From: Mustelus asterias
Taxonomy: Eukaryota
Direction: 5' to 3'
NCBI RefSeq assembly: GCF_964213995.1
Contig: NC_135804.1
Location: 58,776,001 to 58,840,000, forward strand
DNA length: 64,000 nt
The position numbers were made by a program, and so were the translations under genes. Each line of letters starts with the position of its first letter. Positions within the stretch are counted from its first letter, which is position 1. A model generated the notes under the pieces. The model did no database searches and was not told the DNA's origin. It saw only the letters and a program-made list of their open reading frames with translations. Below, in pieces: positions 35,925-49,633 of this stretch.

Positions 35925-38640
35925 AAACATAGAAACTAGAAGCAGGAGTAGGCCATTTGGCCCTGAGAGCCTGTTCTGCCATTCATAATGATCATGGCTG
36001 ATCATCAAATTCAATTTACTGATCCCCCTTGCCCCCATATCCCTTGATCCCTTTAGCCCCAAGAGCTATATCTAATTTCTTCTTGAAGTCAAAGTTTTGG
36101 CCTCAACTACTTTCTGTGGTAGTGAATTCCACACATTCACCACTCTCTGGGTAAGAATTTTCTCCTCACCCCTGTTCTGAAAGGTTTACTCTTCCAACTA
36201 CGCCTCCTAGTTCTGGGCTCCCCCATTATTGTGAACATTCTTTCTGAATCTACCCTGTCAAAGCCTGTTAGAATTTGATAAGTTTCTAGAAGATATCCTT
36301 TCACTCTTCTAAACTCCAATGAATGTAATCCTAACCAACTTAGTTTCTCCTGATACGTTAGACCTGCCATCCCAGGAATCAGCCTGGTAAACCTTCATTG
36401 TACTGCCTCTATAACAAGGGCATCATTCCTCAGATAGGGATACCAGAACTGCACACAATACTCCAGATGTGGCCTCACCAATGTCCTGTACAATTGCAGT
36501 TAAACATCCCTATTCCAATACTCAATCCTCTCGCTATGAAGGCCAACATGCCATTGCCTTCTTTACGGCCTGCTGTACCTGCACACATACTTTCAGTGAC
36601 TGATGCATGAGAACATCAAAGTCTTGAGTATCCACTTCACTCAATTTACACCCATTTGACTATTAATCTGTCTTCCTATTATTGCTACCAAAGTGGATAA
36701 CCTCACATTTATTCACATTATACTGCATCTACCATGCAAATACCCATAAACTCAACCTGTCCAAATCATGCCGAAACATCTCTGCATCCTCCTCACAGCT
36801 CACCCTCCCACCCAACTTTGTGTCATCTGCAAATTTGGAGACAGTACATTTAGTTTCCTCTTCCAAATCATTAATATATAATATGAACAGTTGGAGTCCC
36901 AGCAGAGATCCCTGCAGTAGCCCACTAGTCACCATGTGCCAGTCAGAAAAAGACACATTTATGCCAACTCCTTGTTTCCTATCTGCTAACCAGCTTTCGA
37001 TCCATCTCAAGACATTGTTTACAATCCCAACTTTACATAGTAGTCTGCTATGTGAGACCTTGTCGAAAGCCTTCTGAAAGTCTAAATAAGCCACATCCAC
37101 TGGTTCTCCTCAGTCAACTCTACTCGTTAAACCCTCAAAATGTGGAAGTTAAAATGTTCAGATTGAAGTTTCGTACTTTGAAAGTTAAATTGTGTGACTG
37201 TTAAAGTGTTCAAATTAAAGTTTCATGCTTTCTCTGTACAGTAGTGGAAAATGTTTATCAGCTTACTGACCTTCAAAGGGAGTCAGTCTCTGCTATTTTT
37301 TCAAAGGCCCCATAACATTTTCCTTTTTTGGCCCTCATCAGAAGGTGAGCAAGACCAGATTTTTTCCATAACAAATACCAAAGGTGAGATATGAGGATAT
37401 GCTATGCAAATGAATGATTAACAGAAGTCAATGTTTCATCAAATGAGAAAGGGCGAAAAGCCAGGATTTAATTGGCAAATATGTATGTCAATGAAAGATG
37501 TGAAAAATCTCTTGTCCTGATTTGCTGTGATTGACTATAACTGCTGAGCTGTTTCTTTGTGAACTCAGAACTGCTCTGGCCATTCCATGTTGGGTGGAGG
37601 GAGTTCTCCTTGTGCACAATTAATTAAAGACCTTGCATTGGGTGCATGTGTCCAGCGCTGTTTGTGTAAAGAGCCGATTGAGTACCTTTAGATTGCTGTT
37701 ACTCAGAGAACTCTGACAAAAGAACTCTAATAGATCCTATAAGCATGATTTCCCCTGTGTACATCCAAGCTGACTTAGTCTGATTATACCACTGCCTTCC
37801 AAACGCTGAGTTATTAAATCCTTGATGATGGACTCGAGCAATTTCTCCAGTACTAACGTTTGGCTCACTGCTCTATAGTTCACTGTTTTCTCTCTACCTT
37901 CCTTTTTGAATAGTGGGCTTACATTAGCTACCCTCCAATCTGTAGGAACCAGTGTAGAGTCCAAAGAATTTTGGAAAATATCCACCAATGGATCTACTAT
38001 TTCCATGGATAATTCCTTAAGCACACTGGGATGAAGATCATCAGGCCCTGGAGATTTATCCACCTTCAATCCCATCAATTTCTCCAAAGCCATTTCTCTA
38101 CTATTACTGATTTCCTTCAATTCCTCACTGAAACTTGTTTCTGTCAGAACTTCTGGTACATGTTTCATGTTTTCCTTTGTGGAGATTGAAGCAAAGTATG
38201 TATTTAATTCTTTGACCACTTCTTTGTTCCCCGTTATGAATTCTCCTGTTTCTGACTGTAAGGGGCCTACATTCGTTTTTACCAATCTTTTTCTCTCTAC
38301 ATATCTGTAGAAACTTTTACAGTCAGTTTTTCTGTTCCTCACTTGCTTACTTCCATACTCTCTTTTCCCCTTGTTAATCAATCCCTTGGTCCTCTTTTGC
38401 TGAATTTCAAACTGCGCCCCATCGACAGGCCTATTGGTTTTTCTTGCCAATTTGTATGCTTCTTTCTTGAATCTGATACTATCTCTAATTTCCCTTGTAA
38501 GCCATGGTTTGGGCACAGTTCCCTTACCACTCTTGCGCCAGATAGGAATAAACAGCTTCTGGGGTTCACCTATTCATTTCTTAAATGCCTGCCATTGCCT
38601 ATCCACTGTCTTTCCTTTCAGTAATGTTTCCCAGTCCATC
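35925..38640 (-). mobile_element. Long decayed CR1 ORF2 interrupted by a solo LTR
   Basis: ORF 37737..38516 (KSPGPDDLHP..DWRVANVSPLFKK), 36729..37100 (YLDFQKAFDKV..KFADDTKL), and 36137..36370. Confidence 0.92.
37141..37718 (+). mobile_element. Solo LTR (578 bp)
   Basis: TG...CA termini, AAAA/AAAG flanks, ATTAAA at ~37623. The CR1 sequence joins up when it is removed. Confidence 0.7.
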
Positions 38641-38959
38641 ATGGAATGTGACATGAAGGGACAGAGCGTACCAATCTAACAGTGCACCAGCAAATGGGAG
38701 TAGAGTAGGAAACATAGTACAAGGACAAAATTTGATTCAATTGTGGTTTCCAAAGGAGAATTGGACAATTATCTGGCGAGAGAAAATGTAGGGCTACGGG
38801 GAAAAGTGCATGAAGTGGGACTAGGAGAGTTGCCCTTGCAAACAGCTGGCATGGACATGACAGGCAAAATGCCCTTTTTTCTAAATATCCTGTTTTCTAA
38901 ATATCCTGAACTTTCAACATTCAGATCCTCAGCCATGTCTCTGTTATAGTGTCAAATTG

Positions 38960-40200
38960 TACTTATTTATTTCTGTGTGCGCATTCGGCTCATCTGTGTT
39001 GTTTCGAATGCTACATTCCAATGTGGAGCTTTTAGTTTTATCCTTTTGTTCTTTTATAACCTAAAATCAGTCAGATTTGCACTCTGCCCCTTCCTGTCAC
39101 AATCTGTTTCTTTTATTTCCCATAAAAAGTGTTCTCTTTTGCCTTGTTTGTTAGATCTACCACATCTTCCCAAATTTAATCTCTTGCCCCCACTATTTAG
39201 TTTAAAATCCTCTACTTAATTACATGGCATGCAAGAACATCAGCCGCAGCATATTTCAGATGTAGACCATCCCAACAATACCAATCTCACTTTCCCCAGT
39301 GCTGGTACTAGTGCCCCAAGAACTGGAACCCACATCTCCCATACCTGTCTTTGAACCACTAATCTGATTCATTCATCCTATGGCAATTTGCAAATGGCTG
39401 AGGTAATTATCCCGAGATTACGAACCTTGAGGTTCTGCTGCTTAATTTGGTGCCTAAATTCTCATATGCCCATGAAGAATGTCCTCCTTTATCCTGCCTA
39501 TATTGTTGGTATTTGTGTTGACCATGACAACTGGGTCCTCCCCATCTCACTGCAGGTTCCTCACCAACCCTGAGCAGATGTCCCGAGCCCTGGTACCAGG
39601 CAGGCAAAATGGCCATCTGGGCTCATGTGCTTTTCTGCAGAGAATGTTATCAATCCCTCTGACTATACTATCCCCGACACTGCTGTTCTTTTTTTTTGTC
39701 CCCACAGTGCCATGATCAGTTAACCCCTCCATCCTGCAGCCCCCCTCATTCAAACAAGCTGAAAAAACTTCAAATCTGTTGGACAATTCTAAAGACGAAT
39801 GCTCCTGTGCTCCAGCCCTCTTGAGGCCCCTTACCTGTCTGATGCTTTGTAATGTCTGATTTAGCTTCAAGTTAATTCTGAGTCAAAGCTGCTTGAACTT
39901 CAAACACTTGCTGCAAACATGTTTGCCCTGGATCAGACTGGCATCTAGGAGCTACCACATTACAGCTGTGACACATCACCTATCCTGCCATCTTTGTGTT
40001 CTAATTAATTATTTTGTCTTGTGCTTTATTAATCATACCATCAGTTGCTAGACTATTTCGCACCTTTGGAATAGACTAACCAGTAGTCACTTAAAGATAC
40101 TTGCTAAATAACTAGCTGCTGCTTCTGTAATAGTGTAAGGCCACTTCCTGAAGGCTGAGAAAGTTAGAAAGCAAAAGAGCATTTCTTCCCTTATTCCCCT
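38960..40200 (-). mobile_element. CR1 ORF1 (SGNH esterase-like) and 5' region, decayed
   Basis: LELSNRFEV..VGDSIVRGID..CLPGTR (ORF 39547..39870). Confidence 0.75.
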
Positions 40201-41689
40201 CACTCCCTTAATTACCCAACTCCCAGCACTCTATTCTGAATCGCACTTCTTGTTGTAAAACTTATCTAAAGCACCTCTTTTACCCAAATGCACCAGATTC
40301 CCAAATACATTCACCTGGTTTCTCTGTTTTCAGCCAAGTGTCCCCTTGCTGACCATGCACCTCTTAATATTTTTTAGTGTCATTGGGAGAGGGATACATT
40401 TTGCCATAGTGTTATGACGATTGACCACAGCAGATATTAATTGCTGAGCAAACCAAATCCCAGAAGGAACTTTGCTTACAGGTTATACTGATCTCGGCAG
40501 AAAGTCCAGTAACACTTTTTAAGACTTTAAAGTCAAAGGTTTATTAACCAGAAGTCAACATAAAGTTACAAATTATAATTACACAGAATTTTGCAAAACA
40601 TTCCCCCAATGTCTCCCTACTTAGTCAGACGCAAAGGTAAACCCCTTCCAGGCAACACATCTTAGATGTTTAACTCTAAAACTCCAGTAATATTACCCAA
40701 GGTGAAGTTGCTCTCGCTTTAAGGTATACTCCACAACCTCTCAATTCCTTCCACTCTGCTGTGGAAATCTAAATGTAATATACCCTCTTCTGTTTATCCA
40801 TGCAACTCCTGTAAGTTGCAGAATGTTCTTGGCACCTCTGAGAATTTGAATATCAAAGGGAATATAACCCAAATGTTGGATCCAACTTTTTTACCAACCA
40901 TAATGTCTCATTGCAAATTCACAAACCAAGCACCTCATGTCTTCATTCTACCAGATAAATGGTCTTCTTTTACTAGAGTCAATACAGAATACACACCATA
41001 TTCCCCCCCCCCCCCCCCACACACAAAATATGAAGAAAACATCCATTTTCACAATAATAATGGAAATCTTGTGATCATGAAGCAATGCCATGGGGCTTTT
41101 TGAACAGGCAGACTGGGCCTAGGCCAATCTTTCATCTGAAAAGTGGCATTTTTGAAAGGGCAGTGCCAATTTAATATTGCATTAAAGTCAGGCCCAGGTT
41201 GTGTGCAAATGTCTTTGATTTTTCTGATCTTGTGACTAAAGGATGAATGCTGCCACTGAATCATAGCTGGTGTTGGTGTAAACAAAGCCTGCTTGCTCCA
41301 AAAACTCCCCTCTCCATAAAACAGATGTCAGTTGGCTCAGCAGCTAATGCATGTTGAAAGTTATGGTGGCATCTCTGAAACCTAATTTGCCATTAGTTTT
41401 GAGCAGGTAAGATGTGGGGAATATGCCAAAGCTTCAGTGTTAGAATCAACAAAGCATCATTCCAATTGACCAGTGAAATATTGGACCTGATGGAGCAAGA
41501 AGGAAAGTAAAGAAAATCAATCAACAGAAATATCAAGAATTGCATAAAAAGATTAAACAAATGTTGAATGTAAAGGAGTTGGAAAATGTAGGCATTTTTC
41601 AGTCTGTGTTTTAAAGACATTAGGGAGCTTGTAGGACATTTGGGTGTGTATCTTGCAGATTGATCAAAGAGAAACATGGTCCCTTTTAC

Positions 41690-42925
41690 GTAGAACAGTA
41701 CAGCACAGTACAGGCCCTTTGGCCCACGATGTTGTGCCGAACCTTTTCCGAAACCAAGATCAAGCTATCCCACTCCCTATCATTTCTAGTGTGCTCCATG
41801 TGCCTATCCAATAACCGCTTGAAAGTTCCTAAAGTGTCCGACTCCACTATCACAGCAGGCAGTCCATTCCACACCCCAACCACTCTCTGCGTAAAGAACC
41901 TACCTTGGACATCCTTCCTATATCTTCCACCACGAACCTTATAGTTATGCCCCCTAGTAACAGCTACATCCACCCAAGGAAATAGTCTCTGAACGTCCAC
42001 TCTACCTATCCCCCTCATCTTATAAACCTCTAAGTCGCCTCTCAACCTCCTCCGCTCTAAAGAGAAAAGCCCTAGCTCCCTCAACCTTTGCTCATAAGAC
42101 CTACCCTCCAAACCAGACAGCATCCTAGTAAATCTCCTTTGCACTCTTTCCAGTGCTTCCACATCCTCCTTATAGTGAGGTGACCAGAACTGCACACAAT
42201 ATTCCAAATGTGGTCTCACCAAGGTCCTGTACAGTTGCAGCATAACCCCACAGCTCTTAAACTCAATCCCCCGTTGATAAACGCTAACACACTATAGGCC
42301 ACCTTCACGGCTCTATCCACTTGAGTGGCAACCTTCAGAGATCTGTGGATATGAACCCCAAGATCTCTGTTCCTCCACATTCCTCAGAACCGTACCTTTG
42401 ACCCTGTAATCCGCATTCAAATTTGTCCTACCAAAATGAACCACCTCGCACTTATCAGGGTTAAACTCCATCTGCCATTTTTTCAGCCCAGCTTTGCATC
42501 CTATCTATGTCTCTTTGCAGCCTACAACAGCCCTCCACCTCATCCACTACTCCACCAACCTTGGTGTCATCTGCAAATTTATCCACCCTTCAGCCCCTTC
42601 CTCCAAGTCATTTATAAAAATCACAAATAGCAGAGGAACCAGCACTGATCCTTGTGGTACACTGCTGGTAACTGGTCTCCAGTCTGAATATTTTCCATCC
42701 ACCACCACCCTCTATCTTCTATGAGATAGCCAGTTACTTATCCAATCGGCCAAATTTCCCTCTATCCCACACCTCCTTCCTTTCTTCATGAGCCGACCAT
42801 GGGGGACCTTTATCAAACGCCTTGCTAAAATCCATGTATATGACATCAACTGCTCTACCTTCATCAACACACTTAGTCACCTCCTCAAAAAAATTCAATC
42901 AAATTTGTGAGGCAAGACGTACCCA
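41690..42925 (-). mobile_element. CR1 LINE ORF2 3' fragment
   Basis: ORF 41686..42243: [32 protein letters not shown]. Confidence 0.92.
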
Positions 42926-43865
42926 AGACTTTTCCATGATAACTTCCACAAGTATGCTTGTAAGATGGACTGAATGAATACAAGACTTTTGGAGACAACA
43001 AACAAGAAGAACAAAATGGTACAAAGATCATGAAGGATGAAAGAACATTAAGATGAAAAACAGTAAAGTTGAAGGCCCAGATGAAGTGTCACCCAGCAAA
43101 TAAAATTTAGAAGATGTGGAATAGACAGACTGATTTATCTTTAATAAAGTTTGACATGGTAAATCCCAGAAGACTTGAGTAAATCAATAGCATTGCACTC
43201 CCTAAAAGATGTAATAAGGGTGTTGCGTTGTGCAGGAATCTTTGTAGATGGAGAGTTTAAGCGCACTATAATGTGAGTTCAGGTAAATGGTGCAATTACT
43301 GCATATTTATTGTTGCAAAAACTGTTCCACATGAGTGAGCTGCTCTGAAATACTGAAGAAATGCAGCAAAACAAACCTAGATGTTTGGGCACTATCTTTT
43401 TATATTGCTTATCTTCTCTGTATATTTGACTGGAAAGCTGCTCAGCTATTTCGGTGCACTCAAATCAAAATGGACACGTCCCTTAATCCATGTTCAGCAA
43501 GTTAAGGTCCTATCAGGATTGGGTTCATACCAGTTCCTGTTCATATTCCAATTCAAGTTCAAAGCCAAGTAGCCAAACACATTTTCTCCCGGTTCTCTCT
43601 CCAGATGTCAAACATCACATCCGTTTACTTCTGTGGGCACTCAGACAGTCAAGGCCCCTCTTTTTTCATATCAGCCTCTTGCTTCCTGTCCCTGTTTCCA
43701 TATGATGCCTTCAGGGAAACAGTGCGTATGACCAGTGTAATTCTGGCCTGAAACGAATGATGCAGGGAGGTGCTGTCCCTTTTCAACCCTGCCCACTGCT
43801 GTGTTAAAGTTCAGAGCCGTTGAATGAATGTTAACTCCGTTGAACCATCAGTCTGTCCCATTACT

Positions 43866-45110
43866 AAGATCCTTTTTCAAGTACAGATTTGATTTATTGT
43901 CGCATGTATTAACATGCAGTGAAAAGTATTGCTGCTTGTGCACTATACAGACAAAGCATACCATTCCGAGAGAAGGAAAAGAGAGTGCAGAATGTAGTGT
44001 TACAGTCATAACTAGGGTGTAAAGAAAGATCAACTTAATGCAAGGTAAGTCCATTCAAAAGTCTGACAGCAGCAGGGAAGAAGCTGTTCTTGAATCGGTT
44101 GGTACATTACCTCAGACTTTTGTATCTTTTTCCTGACGGAAGAAGGTGGAAGAGAGAGTATCTGTGGTGCGTGGGGACCTTGGTTATGCTGGCTGCTTTG
44201 CCAAGGCAGTGGGAAGTGTAGACAGTCAATGGATGGGAGGCTGGTTTGTGTGATGGATTGGGCTGCATTCACCACCTTCAGTAGCCTCTTGTGGTCTTGG
44301 GCAGAGGAGGAGCCATACCAAGCTAATGCACCATAGAAAGCATTCTTTCTGGTTGTACCTGTAAAAGTTGGTGAGAGTCGTAGCTGACGTGCCAAATTTC
44401 CTTAGTCTCCTGAGAAAGTAGAGGCTTTGGTGGGCTTTCGTAACTATAGTATCAGTGTGGAGGTACCAGGACAGGTTGGTGACCTGGACGCCTAAACTTG
44501 AAGCTCTCAACCATTTCTACTTTGTCCCCGTTGATGTAGATGGGCATGTTCTTTACGCTTCCTGAAGTTGATGACAATCTCCTTTGTTTAGTTGACCTTT
44601 AGGGAGAGATTATTGTTGCTGAACCAGTTCACTAGATTCTCTAACTCATTCCTGTACTTTGCCTCACCATTGTTTAAGATCCGACCCACTACGGTGGTCG
44701 TCAGCAAACTTTGAAAATCGAATTGGAGGGGAATTTGGCACCACAGTCATAGGGGTAGGGGCACCAGTGTTGAGGATGATCGTGGAGGTGGTGTTGCCTA
44801 TCCTTACTGATTGTGGTCTGAGTTAGGGAGTTCAGGATCCAGTCGCAGAGGAGATGCCGAGGCCCAGGCCAGAGCTTGGAGATGAGTTTCGTGGGAATAA
44901 TGGTGTTGAAGGCTGAGCTGTAGCCAATAAATAGGAGTCTGGCATAGGTGTCCTTGTTGTTTAGGTGTTCCAGGGTTGAGTGCAGGGCCAGGGAGATGGC
45001 GTCTGCTGTGGAGCTGTTGTGGCAGTAGGCAAACTGTAGTGGATCCAGGTAATCCGGGAGGTTTGAATTGATTTGTGCCATGACTAGCCTTTCAAAGAAC
45101 TTCATAATGG
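43866..45110 (-). mobile_element. Rex1/Babar-type LINE RT fragment
   Basis: [35 protein letters not shown] and KAHQSLYFLRRLRKFG. Confidence 0.88.
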
Positions 45111-45399
45111 ATGCATAGGGCCAAAAGCAAGATAAAGCCAGAAATTTCAGCACTTGTGTGATTTATTTTGTAGAAGATAGAGGAAGGAGAAATGTTAGCT
45201 TTCTGAAAGAGCCATAGAGATGAAAAAAGATGTATTCATGTTTTTTTATTCATTATAGGAAGATGCTTTTAAGGTGAAATGTGAAGAATTGATGAGCATG
45301 CTAGAGTCTCTTGACCGTAGTCTCAAAGATCTTGGTGATAAATCTTTAATGGGAACAAGCTGCAACCAGAACAGTGGAGAACAATTCGTGATTTTGCAA

Positions 45400-46070
45400 A
45401 GATTAAAGTGGGGTCTGGCAAAAATGTGTTTTCTCCCCCAAGTTTTTAAAATTTGGTTTATATATTGAAAATATTCTTGAGCTTGCTGAAATTAGTTGGC
45501 GGTTACAACCTTTATATACACCAATGATCCTGTTCTTATTGCCGATTCTGAAGAGAAACTGAGATTTTGGATTGAGTTCAGTGAAAGTGAGAAGGGCTGA
45601 GCATAAATTGTAAGAAAATGTCTAGCAGTGTCCAAAAAGAAAATCCGTGCAACCAAGAAATAAGACAAAGGATGCAGTGGCTGAAGATGCATTTGAGAAC
45701 TCCAAATTAGCCATGAAAACAAAGTTGAGAATCCTGGAATACTATAACTTAATTGTCATGAGTGCATGTTGGACCATCAGTGAAGCACTGCAGAGTTTTT
45801 TTAGGTGAATAATGAAAATCTCTGGCTATGTTGGAGAATGAAGAGGTGCTAGTTTAAATGAGACCGAAAGAACTCTGCTGACCAAAATGAGGAAGAGACT
45901 GTTGGAATATCCTGGGCACGTAATAAAAACTCGATTGAGAAGCTTTGCAATGGGGAATGTAGGTGATAAAAGTGAGAAACTATTTTAAAAAAGCCTTTCA
46001 AACTGGATGAATGAAGATGATCCACACCCCTCGAGCCAGATGAATGTAGAGGTCTGTGGTTGTCAATGTC
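45400..46070 (+). mobile_element. Very decayed RTE-clade LINE RT remnant (upstream pieces may lie at ~41400-41680 and 42940-43300)
   Basis: Frameshifted VGGYN..ND.VLIADSEEKL..EKG.SINCKK..CNQEIRQR, resembling RTE RT around the YADD motif. Confidence 0.5.
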
Positions 46071-46639
46071 CTCTTAAAGCATGGTACCCGATGACAGATT
46101 TTTAAGTTTGTTTATTAGTGTCACAAGTAGGCTTTTATTAACACTGCAGTGAACTTTGACAATCCCCTAGTTGCCACAAGCTGGTTCCTGTTTGTCGATG
46201 AAGCATTCTACATCCCTCTCAGCTCGTCCTCCCATCCAGCTTCGTTTCATCTGCAAATTTGGAGATATTGCACTTGGCTCCATCTAAATTCATTAATATG
46301 TGAATAGTTGGGGTCCGAGCACTGATCCGTGTGGTACTGTTATACTGCAACGGTACACTGAGGAAGAACTTTGCATGGCCAACAAACCTAACAAGTCTTT
46401 CGGACTATGGGAGGAAACTGGAGCCCTGGAGGAAACCTGTGCAGACTCCACACAGACAGTGACCCAACTCGGGTCCCTGCTGCTGTGAGGCAGCCATGCT
46501 ACGCACTACCACCATGCATTATGGGGGAGAGCCTGATGTCAGTAGAGGGGAAAAATTCAAGAGTCCGATTGTCCAGGTTAAAATAACAATACTTGGAAAA
46601 CAGTGGCAGAATGAGACAGTTGGTGTGGATTTGAGGGAA

Positions 46640-47931
46640 AGGATGATTGACAAATCAACTGGAATTGTAACTAGTAGAGTTGATGGGGAGCCAGTGGATG
46701 TGGTTTATTTCCATTTTCAGAACGCTTATGATAGTTAAATACATGGGATTGCAGTCAAGCGTATTGAGATGGATAGAAAACTCATTGGCAGACAGTAGAA
46801 ATAGATCTCTTTCTAAATGGCAGGCAGTGACTAATGTGGTACCATAGGGATCAGTGCTAGGACCCCAACTATTCGCAATATATATTAATGAATTTGGATG
46901 GAGCCAAGTACAATATCTCCACATTTACAGATGAGACTAAGCTGGATGGGAGGATGAGCTGAGGGATGTAGAATGCTTCATTATGATTTGGATAAGCTGA
47001 ATGAGGTGGGCAAATGTATGGCAGATGCAGTATAATGTGAATAAATGTGAGGTTATCCCCATTGGTAGCAAAAACAGGAAGGCAGGTTATTATCTGGCTG
47101 TAAATTGAGAGGGAGGAATGTGCAACGAGATCTGGGTGTCCTCCGTACACCGTCACTGAAAGAAAGCAAATAGTATGCTGGCCTTAGTGAGAGGATTTGA
47201 GTACAGGAGTTGGAATGTCTTGCTGCAATTATACAGGGCCTTGGTGAGGCCACACCTGGAATATTGTGTGCAGTTTTGGTCTCGTGTGAGGAAGGAAGTT
47301 CTTGCTGTACAGGGAATGCAGCAAAGGTTTACCAGGCTGATTCCTGGGATGGTGGGACTGACGTCCGAGGAGCGGTTGAGCTGGGTAGGATTATATTTGC
47401 TGGAGTTCAGAAGAATGAGGGGGAAATCTCAAATCTATAAAATTCCTGCAGGACCCAATGGTGGGGGGAGTCCAGAACCAGGGGTCATAGTCTAAAGATA
47501 TGGGGTAAATCTTTTTTAAGACTGAAATGAGGAGTAATTTCTTCATGCAGAGAGGGAGGCCTGTGGCATTTAATATCCCAAAGCAATTGAGGCCAAAACA
47601 TTTTGTTCTCGAAGTTAGACTAATTCTTGGACAAAGGGAGATCAAAGAGTATGGGGAAAGGTGGGATCAGGCTATTGAGTTGGATGATCTGGCACAGTGG
47701 TCAGCACTGCTGCCTCAGTGCCAGGGACAGGTTTCGATTCTGGCCTTGGGTTCTATCTGTGGAGTTTGCACAATCTCCCCACATCTGTGGGTTTCCTCCA
47801 GGTGCTCCAATAGGTTGGGGTGGATTAGCCATGCTAAAGGCACAGTTATGAGAATAGGGCCTGAATAAGATGCTCTTTCAGTGAGTTGGTGCAGACTCAA
47901 ATGGCCTCCTGTGCTGTCAGTGTTCTATGAT
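46640..47931 (+). mobile_element. CR1 RT fragment followed by an HE1-type SINE (47690-47931)
   Basis: VDVVYFHFQNAYD and [17 protein letters not shown]; SINE core follows. Confidence 0.85.
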
Positions 47932-48004
47932 CTGTCCATGATACTGAATGGTGTGTTCTGAACTTGCCGTTTTCCTGCCAGGTTTGGGCTGCTCTCTTTA
48001 CTAG

Positions 48005-48217
<213 letters not shown>

Positions 48218-49611
48218 TAACAAAGGAATATAATTCTTGCACACTACGTCATTCAGATCTACAGATTGCTTAGAGGGAAAGGCTCAGGAGGGGGATCAGC
48301 ACTAATTTGTTCTATTATTTTGCATTGGCTTTTTATGGCAGTTGCCTTAACTGCAGATAATAAATGCACTAGTTTTGAATCTGATCGATACTGATATATT
48401 TGGATCCTTGCATCTTAAAAGTAAGACCCAGAGGGGTGGGTCCTACTGGGGATTACATAGAATATTGTGACAACATGTTGCATTTTTTTTTTTGTCAACA
48501 TGTTTGCCTTTATTTCCAAGTTAACTGTGTATTTGAGCAAATTAAACTCTTCATTCTTTGCCCTACTTGCATGAGGGAAATGAGGAGGCAATTTAACCCT
48601 GTAAACCTATTCCACTATTCAGTGATGTCATGGCAGACCTACAACTGAACTCCGAATACAGGGCATTCTCTCTCATGCCCCACGCTATTTGTTTAAATTT
48701 CTATGAAGGGCCCTGTTCTTGAAATAGTGTGAAACTGAAGAGAGACATTCTGATTTGGAAGCCCCTTTTTAGATCATCCAGAATCTTCCTGTAGAAACCC
48801 TGCCTCAGCAAATTCAGCCCATCGTGTCTTGTGTGTATGGTTAATTGGACCTTCAGATGAAAATTTTTGCATTGTAAATTGCTGCAACTGCCAACAGTTA
48901 ACAGAACGAGGGGGTTTCTGAGACTCTCGAACAAGGTAAAGTGCATCTCATGAGAAATAAGGATTGAGAAATAGGGTGGGTTGTGTCCAATCTGAACAGG
49001 ATACAAAGATTAGATTGGTGGGGAAAAATCCATTAAAGGGGTACTTGTGATCAAAAATTATTCGGTTTTAATTTTGTGGTCAGTTAATGAACAGTTGATA
49101 TATAAATCTCATGGGAGTTTGAGCTTTCACAAATGAAGTGGTGTACTTTGTCCAGCAACTTGTGGCAATTCACAATTTTGGGAATAGCTCTTCAATATGA
49201 AGTTGGTGGCCAATTTTCACAAGCAGTGTGTCAATCGTTTTTTTTTCTCCCCCCTGAATTTTGTCCCTATCAAAAGTTGGGATGTTTACATGAGCTGAGG
49301 GAGAAGACCCCTTTTAGTAAAGGGCATCTGTCCCCACCATCCTTTGTTCCTGTGACTCATTTTCTGCGAAGAATTTGTTGACTCTTTAAAACCATTCCTA
49401 TTAGCATAGTACAACTGATTCTGGGGGATTCCAATTTGGGTTACATCAGCTGCTTTAGTGCATACAATCGGACAGCCTGAAAACTAATGCAGCTTTCTTG
49501 AAAGGATTTAATTAATGCCCTTGTAATTAATTGCATTGTTCATATTTGGAGAAAATCAATTTCTTTACAGTAAATGTTTACACTTTTCAATGTATCTCTT
49601 TTGAATTCTAG

Positions 49612-49633
49612 GTTTAATTTTATTTATAACTGA
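49612..49633 (+). CDS. NUDT21: NUDT21 last coding exon ((R)FNFIYN*)
   Basis: TTGAATTCTAG|G TTT AAT TTT ATT TAT AAC TGA; phase 2 matches the previous exon. Confidence 0.95.
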